From Escherichia phage dhabil, in sequence record MN850621.1: DNA of 64,000 bases; one strand, written 5' to 3'. The notes below the pieces were generated by a model that searched no databases, was not told the DNA's origin, and saw nothing but the letters and a program-made list of their open reading frames with translations. Position 1 is the stretch's first letter, and every line of letters starts with the position of its first letter. This document shows, in pieces, positions 52,423 to 62,326 of the stretch. Position numbers and translations under genes: made by a program.

Positions 52423-53835
52423 TTAATAAACGTAATCGTAAATAATTCCAGCATCCAAAGCGGTTCTGTGAATAATTCTACCATTACGAGATTCCTGTAC
52501 ATCAACCTCAGGATAATCGGCTACCATTTTTTGAAGGGTATAACGATGGAGATAATATTCACTATCAGGTTCGTCAGTTTTCCAGTCTTTGCCTTCAAGG
52601 GTCATTTTCTGAATTTCGTCCATAACCCACCAACCACACCAAATATAAGCTGAATTACGAACTGGTAGCGGATGAACGTAAGGTAGTTCGCCCTCTGGTT
52701 CAGGAGCGACTTTAGCCGTAATTGTTACATTACCGGATTTTGTGACGGTCACAGAATTATAGTCGGTAGCCGAAACCACAACAGAAACTTCAATAACCTG
52801 TGAACCTTCAGCGCTTGTGTCAATTACTAATGTATCCGTAGCACCCACAACAGGTGAACCATCTTTCTTCCAAGAATAAGCAAAAGTAGCACCACTAGGC
52901 GCACCGACTACCGTGGCTTTAAAAGAAGCCGGGATTCCTTCAGAGACAGTAATAGAAGCAGGCGTTAAATTAACAGAAACACCTGCCATAGTCTTTTTAG
53001 TAATTGTTACACTTCCTGTTTTGGTAACGGTTAAATCATTATAATCCGTACCTTTTAGGAGTACCGAAACTTCAATAGAGTAAGAACCTATTGTAGACGT
53101 ATCAACAGCAAGAGTATTACTGCTTTCGCCCGGAATAATAGAACCGTTTTTCTTCCAAGAATAAGTTGCATTTACGCCGGAAGGAGCGCCGACTACATCC
53201 GCTTTAAACTGTGCAGATGAGTCTTTCTCTGTACTAATTGAGGCCGGTGTTAAAGTAACAGAAACACCTGATATAGTTTTCTTAACAAAAGTTACCGCAG
53301 CACCTTTAGTAGCGGTACCCGGGTTATATTCAGGGGCGGTAACAGTAACTTCACAGTTCAACGTGTAATTTGCTTCCGCGGCTTCGGTTACAGTAATAGT
53401 TTTACCAGTTTGGCCAGAGATTACGCTGGTGTTACGTTTCCAAACATAAGCAATTGTTGCACCTGCAGGTGCACCCGTCACGTTAGCAGTAACAACTTGA
53501 GATTGGCCAACTTCTTTAGAAACAGAAATAGGGTCCAAAGCCAAAGAAATAGACATGGTCTTATTAGCTACGGTAACTTCAAAAGTATCTTCAGCTACCT
53601 CAGGTTCGCCTTCAGCCGGAGTAGAAGTTGCTACTACTTTTAAAACTTTCTTACCTACAGGTGCAGCACCTGTATATTTCAAAACATTGGTTGCTTCTGG
53701 ATTAGAAGCACCATCAATAGACCATACATATGTAATGGTTCCTTCTACAGCTGCACCTGTTGCGGTAGCAGTGTAGTTAGCACTTTCGCCTATTTTAATA
53801 GACGCTGTGCCGGCTATACTTACAGTAAAAGCCAT
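52423..53835 (-). CDS. hoc: highly immunogenic outer capsid protein Hoc (four Ig-like domains + capsid-binding domain)
   Basis: 470 aa; C-terminus …PEPEGELPYVHPLPVRNSAYIWCGWWVMDEIQKMT.EGKDWKTD… closely matches T4 Hoc; four internal Ig-like repeats versus three in T4. Confidence 0.9.
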   Translation of the reverse strand: MAFTVSIAGTASIKIGESANYTATATGAAVEGTITYVWSIDGASNPEATNVLKYTGAAPVGKKVLKVVATSTPAEGEPEVAEDTFEVTVANKTMSISLALDPISVSKEVGQSQVVTANVTGAPAGATIAYVWKRNTSVISGQTGKTITVTEAAEANYTLNCEVTVTAPEYNPGTATKGAAVTFVKKTISGVSVTLTPASISTEKDSSAQFKADVVGAPSGVNATYSWKKNGSIIPGESSNTLAVDTSTIGSYSIEVSVLLKGTDYNDLTVTKTGSVTITKKTMAGVSVNLTPASITVSEGIPASFKATVVGAPSGATFAYSWKKDGSPVVGATDTLVIDTSAEGSQVIEVSVVVSATDYNSVTVTKSGNVTITAKVAPEPEGELPYVHPLPVRNSAYIWCGWWVMDEIQKMTLEGKDWKTDEPDSEYYLHRYTLQKMVADYPEVDVQESRNGRIIHRTALDAGIIYDYVY

Positions 53836-53844
53836 ATTTTACCC

Positions 53845-54516
53845 TTATTTTAAAGTTACGAAAGATGAATTACGCGTTTCACGTACTAATACTGAACCAT
53901 TACGATTGATGTAATAAATCAGACTGAATAGTGTTTGGTGGGCAGATGGGTGTTGGAAATCTTTAGGGCGTTCTTTCCAATCAGGGGTTTCGGTAATCCA
54001 TTGATAAATCCACCAAGGCACAGTACAATACCCTGGGTTTTTACCAATGAGTAAAAGATTAGGGCTAAAGTTTTCAGGTAAAGAGAATACAGGTTTTTCA
54101 GATTCAATAACCTCGGCCACAGCCTCTTTGAATTTCTCTTCGACAAACGGGACGTCTTCTTCAATAATCTCTACCTTAGGAAGTTCGGCTACCTCAATAA
54201 CTTCAACTACCGCTTCAGGGGCATCAAATAATAGGGTAGCCTCTTCTTTGGCGGGTTCGGCACCATCAACAAATTCGTTAGCGCCTGTGAGTTCGTCGGC
54301 GGCATCAATCAAATCAGAAATAGACAAACCTTCGGTTTCTGGAAGTGGTTCATCAGCCAGGGCTTTAAGGCCTTCAGAGATATCGATAATCAAATTATCA
54401 AACGAACGGGTTTTCTTAAGTTTCAAACCGAATTGTTCGCCGTATTCGATTAACTTAGCTTTAGCTTCTTTTTTATCTTCGAGTGCACGAAGCTCTTCAA
54501 TATATTGAGTATCCAT
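53845..54516 (-). CDS. inh: Inh-like protein (inhibitor of prohead protease), acidic
   Basis: 223 aa acidic protein in the T4 inh position between hoc and uvsW. Confidence 0.6.
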   Translation of the reverse strand: MDTQYIEELRALEDKKEAKAKLIEYGEQFGLKLKKTRSFDNLIIDISEGLKALADEPLPETEGLSISDLIDAADELTGANEFVDGAEPAKEEATLLFDAPEAVVEVIEVAELPKVEIIEEDVPFVEEKFKEAVAEVIESEKPVFSLPENFSPNLLLIGKNPGYCTVPWWIYQWITETPDWKERPKDFQHPSAHQTLFSLIYYINRNGSVLVRETRNSSFVTLK

Positions 54517-54535
54517 AATTAGTCTCTTGTTGGTG

Positions 54536-54557
54536 TATAAATATAATTATATTTATA
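54536..54557. promoter_or_regulatory. divergent late promoters: TATAAATA (+, 54536-54543) for uvsW and TATAAATA (-, 54550-54557) for inh
   Basis: Exact late consensus on both strands in the 55-nt intergenic region. Confidence 0.5.
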
Positions 54558-54571
54558 ACTGAGAATTAGAC

Positions 54572-56068
54572 ATGCAAATTCAAGTACATTTTGATAATTT
54601 TAGTCATGTTCGTGTTGAGTGTGATGAATCCACCTTCTACGAACTCAGAGACTATTTCAGCTTTGAAGCTGATGGATATAAATTTAACCCTAAATACCGT
54701 TACGGGCAATGGGACGGGAGAATTCGTCTTCTAGATTATAACCGTAAACTTCCGTATGGTCTAGTCCCACAAATTAAAAAATTCGCTGACCAGTTTGAAT
54801 ACTCTCTTTGGATAGACCCACGTATTCTTGAACAGGAAGATATTTCTCGCGAAGATTTTGACTCATGGGTGGCTTCACAAGAGATTTATTCAGGTTCTAC
54901 CAAGATTGAGCCACATTGGTACCAGAATGAAGCCGTATACAACGGTCTGACAAAACGTCGTGCAATTCTGAATTTACCTACATCCGCAGGTAAATCATTG
55001 ATTCAGGCGCTCCTGAGTCGATATTACGTTGAGAACTATGAAGGTAAAATTCTTATCTTAGTTCCTACTACTGCACTTGTCGACCAGATGATTAATGACT
55101 TCATCGATTATCGTTTGTTCCCTAAAGCCGCTATGCTTGGTATTCGTTCAGGTACTGCTCGTGATTCTGATGCAATGATTTATGTTTCAACTTATCAAAC
55201 GGCTATTAAACAACCTAAAGAATGGTTTGCTCAGTTTGGTATGTTTATGAATGACGAATGCCATTTGGCAACAGGTAAATCAATTTCTACCATCATCGAA
55301 GGCCTTACCAATTGTATGTTTAAATTCGGTTTGTCCGGTTCTTTAAAAGACGGTAAAGCCAATTTAATGCAATATATGGGTTTGTTTGGTGATGTGTTTA
55401 AGCCAGTATCCACTTCACAGTTAATGGAAGAAGGACAGGTAACTGATTTAAAAATAAACAGTATTTTCCTTCGTTATCCGGATGAATTCACTGTTAAGAT
55501 GAAAGGTAAAGATTACCAATCAGAAATTAAAGTCATTACTAAGGCTACTCGTCGTAATAAATGGGTTGCTAATTTAGCTGTTAAACTCGCTAAGAAAGAA
55601 GAGAACGTATTCCTGATGTTTAAAAACATCGAGCACGGTAAAACTCTTTTTGAAATGGTTAAAGAGCAACATAAAGAAGTTTATTACGTATCAGGTGAAG
55701 TTAATACAGAAACTCGTAATGCTCTTAAAGTAATGGCGGAAAATGGTAAGGGTATTATTGTTGTGGCAAGTTATGGTGTGTTCTCTACTGGTATTTCCGT
55801 TAAGAACCTCCACCATGTAATATTTGCACATCCGGTAAAATCCAAAATCATTGTACTCCAGACAATAGGTCGTGTGCTCCGTAAACATGCTTCTAAATCA
55901 ACAGCACAAGTTTGGGACATTATAGACGACATGGGCGTTAAGCCTAAATCAGCAAATGCTAAAAAGAAATATGTTCATTTGAATTATGCATTAAAACATG
56001 CCTTAGAACGTATTCAACGTTATGCTGACGAGAAATTTAATTACGTAATGAAACAGGTGGATTTATGA
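54572..56068 (+). CDS. uvsW: UvsW DNA/RNA helicase
   Basis: 498 aa, high identity to T4 UvsW (…VHF..FSHVR..C.ESTF.ELRD.FSFEADGY.FNP…, Walker A PTSAGKS). Confidence 0.95.
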   Translation: MQIQVHFDNFSHVRVECDESTFYELRDYFSFEADGYKFNPKYRYGQWDGRIRLLDYNRKLPYGLVPQIKKFADQFEYSLWIDPRILEQEDISREDFDSWVASQEIYSGSTKIEPHWYQNEAVYNGLTKRRAILNLPTSAGKSLIQALLSRYYVENYEGKILILVPTTALVDQMINDFIDYRLFPKAAMLGIRSGTARDSDAMIYVSTYQTAIKQPKEWFAQFGMFMNDECHLATGKSISTIIEGLTNCMFKFGLSGSLKDGKANLMQYMGLFGDVFKPVSTSQLMEEGQVTDLKINSIFLRYPDEFTVKMKGKDYQSEIKVITKATRRNKWVANLAVKLAKKEENVFLMFKNIEHGKTLFEMVKEQHKEVYYVSGEVNTETRNALKVMAENGKGIIVVASYGVFSTGISVKNLHHVIFAHPVKSKIIVLQTIGRVLRKHASKSTAQVWDIIDDMGVKPKSANAKKKYVHLNYALKHALERIQRYADEKFNYVMKQVDL

Positions 56069-56292
56069 AGTCCTTTAAAGAAGTTATCTATGAAGCCTCT
56101 ATCGAGAGCTTCATGTCTAAAATTAGTTCTTGTCAAACCATGGACGGTTTGAAGGAATTGGAGAAGTATTACAAAACTCGTAGTAAAGAAGCTGAACTTC
56201 GAGATTCGGATGATATCAGTGTTCGTGATGCCCTGGCAGGTAAACGGGCTGAATTAGAATCCATGGATGACGAAGAGCAAGAAGAGTTCTAA
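56065..56292 (+). CDS. uvsW.1: UvsW.1 small acidic protein
   Basis: 75 aa, ATGA-coupled to uvsW as in T4. Confidence 0.7.
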   Translation: MKSFKEVIYEASIESFMSKISSCQTMDGLKELEKYYKTRSKEAELRDSDDISVRDALAGKRAELESMDDEEQEEF

Positions 56293-56324
56293 AAACAAAA
56301 AGGGCCCAACCTTTCGGAAGGGCC
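56291..56324 (-). terminator. rho-independent terminator (same 22-mer hairpin as at 10147-10168)
   Basis: ggcccaaccuuucggaagggcc followed on minus strand by uuuuuguuuuu. Confidence 0.6.
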
Positions 56325-56354
56325 AATAACCATAAAATGGCTATACACACTAGA

Positions 56355-56522
56355 CTAAAGTAATAATTGGGTTTCGTTCAGCTGTTCTTCAGTGTTTTCC
56401 GTAACAGGCATGCTTTGAACGTAATTATAACATGGACCCGGATGAACCGGACCTTTTTCTGTTTCAACAACCAATGCAGCATCGATTGGAGTTTTACAGA
56501 CAACGCAAATCTTATCTGACAT
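56355..56522 (-). CDS. small Cys-containing protein (uvsY.-2-like position)
   Basis: 55 aa (MSDKICVVCKTPIDAALVVETEKGPVHPGPCYNYVQSMPVTENTEEQLNETQLLL); SD GGAGA; below track cutoff. Confidence 0.4.
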   Translation of the reverse strand: MSDKICVVCKTPIDAALVVETEKGPVHPGPCYNYVQSMPVTENTEEQLNETQLLL

Positions 56523-56550
56523 GATTGTCTCCTTAGTTTATCTTACATAT

Positions 56551-56649
56551 CTATTTATTACTTGCTAAAGCGGCATTAATGAATTCTTGGAGAAGTTTCA
56601 TCTTATCGGCATCTACTTTAATGGGTTTGGTATTTTTAGTACGTCTCAT
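56551..56649 (-). CDS. very small ORF (32 aa, uvsY.-1-like position)
   Basis: ATG overlaps the uvsY stop (TAATG); MRRTKNTKPIKVDADKMKLLQEFINAALASNK. Confidence 0.25.
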   Translation of the reverse strand: MRRTKNTKPIKVDADKMKLLQEFINAALASNK

Positions 56650-57083
56650 TATTTACCTGCCTCAAATTGCCTCATCTCATGCATGGTCTTAAGGTTAAAA
56701 CCTCGCGCTTTAATAGCATCAAGGGCTGAACTACAAAAGTCCTGTAATAAAGCCCAATATTGAATTGATGTATCTATTTTAATCACGCTAGAATCTGCGG
56801 CCATTACAGTCTTTAATTCTGACTTCTCATACTGGTCCATACAAACCTCATCACCGGGCTCTCCACGTCCCGTGTAGAAATCTAATCGCTTCTTAAGAGA
56901 GGTCTTTTTCTGGATTTCTAATCGCATTATCTCTTTCTTACAATTCGTATACAGCCTTAGCCATTTGCTGTGCAGCAAAACGTTGTTCTGTACTTCATAC
57001 TGTAAACGGGTCCCATCAATCTTTAAATCTTCATCTAATGCATCTTGGAATGATTCCAATTTATATTCAATCTCTTTACTCAT
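56649..57083 (-). CDS. uvsY: recombination mediator UvsY
   Basis: 144 aa from ATG 57083 (SD AGGAAA); strong identity to T4 UvsY (…LQYE…KKEI/M.RLE.QKK…YEKSE.KTV…IKARGF…M..FEAGK). Confidence 0.9.
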   Translation of the reverse strand: MSKEIEYKLESFQDALDEDLKIDGTRLQYEVQNNVLLHSKWLRLYTNCKKEIMRLEIQKKTSLKKRLDFYTGRGEPGDEVCMDQYEKSELKTVMAADSSVIKIDTSIQYWALLQDFCSSALDAIKARGFNLKTMHEMRQFEAGK

Positions 57084-57141
57084 CGCATGTTTCCTGTGTA
57101 ATAACCATAGGACCATTATACACTATTCATTTGAACAGCAA

Positions 57142-57531
57142 TTAACCACTCTGTGAGAGCTGGATTCTAATTTGCTCTAATGTATCCGGGTCATCAACAA
57201 TACTAAACTGGACAGTTACTATAATAGAGTTGTCATCATAAACAGGGGTAACGCCTACGGCAAGAGCAGAAATTCTGGGTTCGAAGTTCCGCACAGCGGA
57301 AACTATATTACGCTTAATGGTATCTGTGATTAATGGAGTAATATTCTCAAATAGTTGATTACTGATATCACAACCAAATTCAGGCATAAAAGGGCGAGAA
57401 CCCTTACGGGTGGTAATAATGCCTAGCAAACTGTTTTTTACTGCACGGGCCCCTGTAGCTTTAGCGACGTCTCTATTCCAAGACGTCCTCATTTCAGGGT
57501 CTAAATCTGAATACATTTTATTGATATTCAT
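57142..57531 (-). CDS. 25: baseplate wedge protein gp25 (lysozyme-fold, sheath initiator)
   Basis: 129 aa, high identity to T4 gp25 (…NSLLGIITTRKGSRPF.PEFGCD.S.QLFEN.TPL…). Confidence 0.9.
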   Translation of the reverse strand: MNINKMYSDLDPEMRTSWNRDVAKATGARAVKNSLLGIITTRKGSRPFMPEFGCDISNQLFENITPLITDTIKRNIVSAVRNFEPRISALAVGVTPVYDDNSIIVTVQFSIVDDPDTLEQIRIQLSQSG

Positions 57532-58154
57532 TACATCACCTTAAAGAACTCTTTAAGTCCCTCAATAACATGGACGGTATGTTCACCACATTCACAAGAA
57601 ATAGGTATGGCCAAAATAGGCTTAGGGGCAACTAGAGCATCATAAACTTCTTTTATATCTTTTTCTGTTATCACAGAATAAAGGTCATCAAGTTCCGCAT
57701 CACTTAAATCGGAAAGAAAAAGCTTTTCGCCTGCAGAAGTTAAAATATAATCGATACACCCTGCGACCATCATAGCTCTATTTTTATCTTCAAAGAGTTT
57801 AGGATATCTGAACACGATTTTAAAGTTGCCAAAGTCTTTAATAACATCTGGCTCTTTACCTAATGTTGCGCGAGTTAGTGTCATAGGAACAACCTGTGAG
57901 CGACCACAACTACAAACCCACTCACGTTCTATATTAACTTCAGCTAATGAATGGGCCCACAGGTTTATCACCAGGAGCTCAGATTCTTGCTTGTTTAAAT
58001 CACGAGCATCTGTGCAATTCGAAATGAGTTCATTGATAAAGGACTCTATTCTGCCTTCTAATTTAGCTTGGAGCAAGTCCTTATACTCTCTGAGGGTAAA
58101 TGCTCTGCATTTTATGGTTTTGTTTTTAATTTTTACGTCAAAAGTATAATTCAT
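57531..58154 (-). CDS. 26: baseplate hub protein gp26
   Basis: 207 aa; size and position as T4 gp26; SD AGGAGAAG. Confidence 0.8.
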   Translation of the reverse strand: MNYTFDVKIKNKTIKCRAFTLREYKDLLQAKLEGRIESFINELISNCTDARDLNKQESELLVINLWAHSLAEVNIEREWVCSCGRSQVVPMTLTRATLGKEPDVIKDFGNFKIVFRYPKLFEDKNRAMMVAGCIDYILTSAGEKLFLSDLSDAELDDLYSVITEKDIKEVYDALVAPKPILAIPISCECGEHTVHVIEGLKEFFKVM

Positions 58155-58172
58155 TGTCTTCTCCTTTAAGCT

Positions 58173-58184
58173 TATTTATAAATA
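58173..58184. promoter_or_regulatory. overlapping divergent late promoters TATTTATAAATA (gene 26 on minus, gene 51 on plus)
   Basis: TATAAATA on + (58177-58184) and on - (58173-58180) sharing 4 bp. Confidence 0.55.
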
Positions 58185-58204
58185 CATCAATAAGAGGACA
58201 CCCT

Positions 58205-58957
58205 ATGGCTAATATAGTACGTTGTGAAATGCCCGATGGAGTCCACCGATTTAAACCTTTTACAGTAGCTGATTATCGTGATTTTATTTTGATTCGAAAT
58301 GACATGAATAATAAATCACCTGAAGAGCAAAAACAAATTTTAGATGAGTTACTGGAAGAATACTTCGGTGAATATCCTATGTCATGGCGCCCGTATATGT
58401 TCATTGAACTTTACACGTCATCACTCGGCAAGACCAAAATTCCTATCCGATACACTTGCAGTAAGTGTGAAAAGGATAAACAAGTCTTATTCAATTTGAA
58501 ACAGGCCAAGTTAGATAACCCTACAATTGAAGTGGCTGGCTTGAAACTAACATTCAAATTTCCGGAAATAGAATATCACGACAAATCTGAATTGATTTTG
58601 AACACCCTCCAAACCGTCGAAGATGAAAATGGGACATATAATTGGACTGACCTTTCTGAAGAAGACCAGTTGGCCGTAATAGATGCTATAGACTTATCCA
58701 CTTTAGAGGATATAGTCAAACAAACAAGCCCTATTCATTTCGAACTCAAATATGGATGCTGTAATCGTAGAACAATTACGTATACCGATATTTTAGAGGT
58801 GTTTAAGCTTATAGTCAATCCGGATGAGATATTTTTATTTTACCAAATAAACCATTTATTGGTAAAGAACAATTATTCATTAGAAAGCATTATGCAGATG
58901 ATTCCAATCGAACGCGGTATTGCTTTGTCTTTGGTTGAAAAGGACCTTAAGAAATGA
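58205..58957 (+). CDS. 51: baseplate hub assembly catalyst gp51
   Basis: 250 aa from ATG 58205 (SD AAGAGGA); T4 gp51 is about 249 aa; the track ORF starts 51 nt earlier without an RBS. Confidence 0.8.
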   Translation: MANIVRCEMPDGVHRFKPFTVADYRDFILIRNDMNNKSPEEQKQILDELLEEYFGEYPMSWRPYMFIELYTSSLGKTKIPIRYTCSKCEKDKQVLFNLKQAKLDNPTIEVAGLKLTFKFPEIEYHDKSELILNTLQTVEDENGTYNWTDLSEEDQLAVIDAIDLSTLEDIVKQTSPIHFELKYGCCNRRTITYTDILEVFKLIVNPDEIFLFYQINHLLVKNNYSLESIMQMIPIERGIALSLVEKDLKK

Positions 58958-60123
58958 GTTCAAAAACTATGCAGCGTGAAGGCTTTCCTAATATTAGTAT
59001 ACGCCTTTACGAAGATTATGACGCCTGGTTAGAGCATCGTTTTGTTGAACTAGGCGCGACATTTACTACCCTAACAATGCGTGATGGCCTTTACGGTAGT
59101 AATGAAGGATTGCTCCAGTTTTATGATGCAAAAAACCTTCATACTAAAATGGATGGTGAACAAATTATCCAAGTTTCTGTTAAGAATGCCAACTCTGAAC
59201 GTACCCAATCAAGAATTTACGGAAGTAAACACTTTGCAGTAGGGGTGGATTCTAAGGGCGACAATATCATAACAATACAACTCGCCCCTATCCACTTTTT
59301 AGAAAATCTTAAATTCGGACGTATGTTCTTCCCTAGCGTTCAAGAAACATTAACAGAAATGATTGGTGTTATTTACCAAGACCGTCCGTTACTTGCTCCT
59401 CCTTTGAACGGAATAAACGTTTACGTTCCTAATGTTCCGTGGTGTGATTCTATGGACAGATATATGGAATTTGTGCGAGAAGTAGGTATGGCTGTTGAAT
59501 CCGATAAATTTGTATTTGTCTGGGAAGATATAGATGGTATTTCTATCATGGACTACGAATTTATGGTTAATCAGGAGCCTATCAATTTTGTGGTTGGTGA
59601 GCCTCGTTTAATAGGCCAATACGTCCAAGATATGGATACCCCTATTGCATTTGATTTTGAGTGGCTAACTAAAGCTAACCAACATACCAGAAAGCCATAC
59701 GAAAATGCTACAGTATATGCCCATTCGTTCCTAGATAAAAACGCTACACGAATTACTTTTGGTGATGGACAAAACAGTATATTGGTTTCTCGTTCAGGTG
59801 GATATTCTGATTATACCTACCGAAACGGATTTGAAGAAGCTGATAGATTAGTTACAATGGCCCAGTATGATGGCTATGCTCATTGTAAGGTATACGGTAA
59901 CTTTGAATTAACTCCAGGTGATAAGATTAATTTCTATGACCCTAAAAACCAATTCCAGTACGATTTTTATGTAGACGAAGTTATTCATGAAGTGAGTAAC
60001 AATACATCAATTACAAACCTTTATATGTTTACTAATGGTAAGCCTATTAAGATTGAAGAACCACCGAAGGTTAAAAATGAACTTAAAACTGATACTCCCG
60101 ATCAAGAAAATAACGCTGGGTGA
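58954..60123 (+). CDS. 27: baseplate hub protein gp27
   Basis: 389 aa; ATGA-coupled to gene 51; size as T4 gp27 (391 aa). Confidence 0.85.
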   Translation: MSSKTMQREGFPNISIRLYEDYDAWLEHRFVELGATFTTLTMRDGLYGSNEGLLQFYDAKNLHTKMDGEQIIQVSVKNANSERTQSRIYGSKHFAVGVDSKGDNIITIQLAPIHFLENLKFGRMFFPSVQETLTEMIGVIYQDRPLLAPPLNGINVYVPNVPWCDSMDRYMEFVREVGMAVESDKFVFVWEDIDGISIMDYEFMVNQEPINFVVGEPRLIGQYVQDMDTPIAFDFEWLTKANQHTRKPYENATVYAHSFLDKNATRITFGDGQNSILVSRSGGYSDYTYRNGFEEADRLVTMAQYDGYAHCKVYGNFELTPGDKINFYDPKNQFQYDFYVDEVIHEVSNNTSITNLYMFTNGKPIKIEEPPKVKNELKTDTPDQENNAG

Positions 60124-60598
60124 TAAAGAGATTTCCATTCCTAAATTAGGTCTTAAACACCAAAAATTGGTTAAAGATGAAAAAGACCCATATAAAGCTC
60201 TTCATATATTAATGAATTCCATTTATAAGGGTTTAACTGCGGCCGAAACCGATTTCGCTGCTCTTCATCTTTTAGAATTCAACGGACGGTTGAAAGAAAA
60301 GGTAACTAAGGACGGGTTTACGTATAACCTAAATGACCTTTATATCTGCCAGCGACTTGAATTCCAATTCCAAGGTAAAACATTTAAATTCAAATCGCAC
60401 GAACCATTCCAAACCTTTGGTCCGGTTGATAGTGTATTACAATCTCTTTACCTTGGTAACGATGTACCAGATTTTCTGGATATGCCTGCCTTTGTTGCTA
60501 CATGGGCCGACGATATAACTTCTACTGTAGCTATCCCTGGTCCTAATGGTCCTATCAAAGGATTGCTTAAAATCATGGATATCTTAAATGAAGAATGA
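60077..60598 (+). CDS. 28: baseplate hub distal subunit gp28
   Basis: 173 aa from ATG 60077 ([11 protein letters not shown]…); overlaps the 3' end of gene 27 in another frame. Confidence 0.75.
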   Translation: MNLKLILPIKKITLGDKEISIPKLGLKHQKLVKDEKDPYKALHILMNSIYKGLTAAETDFAALHLLEFNGRLKEKVTKDGFTYNLNDLYICQRLEFQFQGKTFKFKSHEPFQTFGPVDSVLQSLYLGNDVPDFLDMPAFVATWADDITSTVAIPGPNGPIKGLLKIMDILNEE

Positions 60599-62324
60599 AT
60601 CTAATCAGAATAGTTTTCGTCGCAATAAACTGATTGAAGAAATGGCTCCTCAGCGTCGTGCTGAGGCGCTAGCCCAAACTCAGAACGATGAATTAGGAAA
60701 TATATCAGATGTTTTATCTGATTCCCAGGCGGCGTCTGAATTGCTCTCTGAAGTGGTTGAGACAAAGTCCAATCAGATTATTAATTCTGTAGATAGAGTA
60801 GATAAAAGCGTCCAAGACGTTGTCGCTGGAACAGAATTAACAGCTGAAGCTATATCAGAACAAACCCAACAGTCTAAAGCTCTTTCGGATGCATTAAACG
60901 AAAAGATTAATAAGCTTTCTAATATGTTGGAGGCTAAATTTTCCGGTATTTCTATTCCACCGGACGGGAGCTCATTAAAGGTTATTGAAGACTCTATTCC
61001 GGAAGAACCCAAGGCCGAAACTCCTAAAGTCCCTGCTGTTGTTGAAGATATTCTTCCGCCTGAAGATAATAAACCTGACGCCGAATTTATGCCAGAGCCT
61101 CCTAAAAATTCGGATGAAGGTAAAGAAGGTGATAAGTCTTCTCTTTCTGATAAAATCGAAGCCCTTACAAAAATAACCGAAAAAGGATTTAAAGCTTCTA
61201 TAGGCGTCGCTGATAGAATTTCAGGCATGCTTTTTAAGTATACTATTACTGCTGCTGCAGAAGCCGCTAAACTTGCCGCAGGTTTAGCCCTTTTAATATT
61301 TGGTATAGATGCTATTCGTGTATACTTCCAATATTTCATGGACCAATTTAATGAAGGATGGAAAAAATTTAACGATAAGTTTAAAGAATGGGGACCTGTA
61401 CTTGAAGGCTTAATGACCTGGGCCAAGAATGCTGAAGCTATGTTTAGCGAAAGAAATTGGCTAGGTCTGGCAGAAGCTATTATTCGCGGTATGGTTAATC
61501 TTACCAAAAATATGGCACAACTGTTAATGCTCGGTATTTCTAAATTGATTTCTGCCATTTTAAGTAAAATACCAGGTATGGGCGAGTTGGCTGAAAACGT
61601 AGAGGCATCCGCTTTAATGTCATATCAACAAAATACCGGAGCCACTTTAGATGACGAAGACCAAACTAAAGTAGCCAAGTATCATGATAGACGTTCTGCC
61701 GAGGCTTTAGAAGCAGCCGAGAAAATGAATAAGAAGTATAAGGATAAACCCGAGCTTATAAACCAGGCAGAGAAATACGGTAACCTTACTAAAGAACAAG
61801 CTGACCAATTACGCGCAGGTGGAATTGACACAAGCTTCCGTGACCTCCCTGAAGAAGAACGTTTAGAGTATTTCAAGAAACGTGATAAAGCACAGGCCGA
61901 TATTATTCGTTTAACTCAAACCGCCGATAATATAATGAAGCCTGATTCTAAAGATATCGAAAATGCCAAGGCATTTAAAGCGGATATCGAGAAACAATTG
62001 GCTGACCCTATTATGGCTAAAGGTGGAGCACCTAAGGACCTTAATATCCAGCAATTACTTGATAAGATGAATAAATCTTTAGAGAAATTTAACGAAGCTG
62101 AAAAGCCTAAACCTGCTTCTGTAGCGGAATCTCCTGAAAACACCCAGGTTAAAAAGGTTGACGAGCAAATGAGAGCAAAGGAAAATGCTAAATATAGTCA
62201 GCAAGCTCCAACTCAAATAAATCAGCAAACGAATATCAAGAAAACGAGTAAGACCAGTTATAATTTACCACCACAGTCTTCTACTCCTGCTCCTGGTATG
62301 CGTCAAGCTACTAAAGTTAATTAG
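60588..62324 (+). CDS. 29: baseplate hub / tail-length determinator gp29
   Basis: 578 aa, long helical protein; size and order as T4 gp29. Confidence 0.85.
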   Translation: MKNESNQNSFRRNKLIEEMAPQRRAEALAQTQNDELGNISDVLSDSQAASELLSEVVETKSNQIINSVDRVDKSVQDVVAGTELTAEAISEQTQQSKALSDALNEKINKLSNMLEAKFSGISIPPDGSSLKVIEDSIPEEPKAETPKVPAVVEDILPPEDNKPDAEFMPEPPKNSDEGKEGDKSSLSDKIEALTKITEKGFKASIGVADRISGMLFKYTITAAAEAAKLAAGLALLIFGIDAIRVYFQYFMDQFNEGWKKFNDKFKEWGPVLEGLMTWAKNAEAMFSERNWLGLAEAIIRGMVNLTKNMAQLLMLGISKLISAILSKIPGMGELAENVEASALMSYQQNTGATLDDEDQTKVAKYHDRRSAEALEAAEKMNKKYKDKPELINQAEKYGNLTKEQADQLRAGGIDTSFRDLPEEERLEYFKKRDKAQADIIRLTQTADNIMKPDSKDIENAKAFKADIEKQLADPIMAKGGAPKDLNIQQLLDKMNKSLEKFNEAEKPKPASVAESPENTQVKKVDEQMRAKENAKYSQQAPTQINQQTNIKKTSKTSYNLPPQSSTPAPGMRQATKVN

Positions 62325-62326
62325 GA

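Noticed and set aside
60773-61558. 261-aa minus-strand ORF inside gene 29
   Set aside because: Antisense to a conserved baseplate gene; spurious
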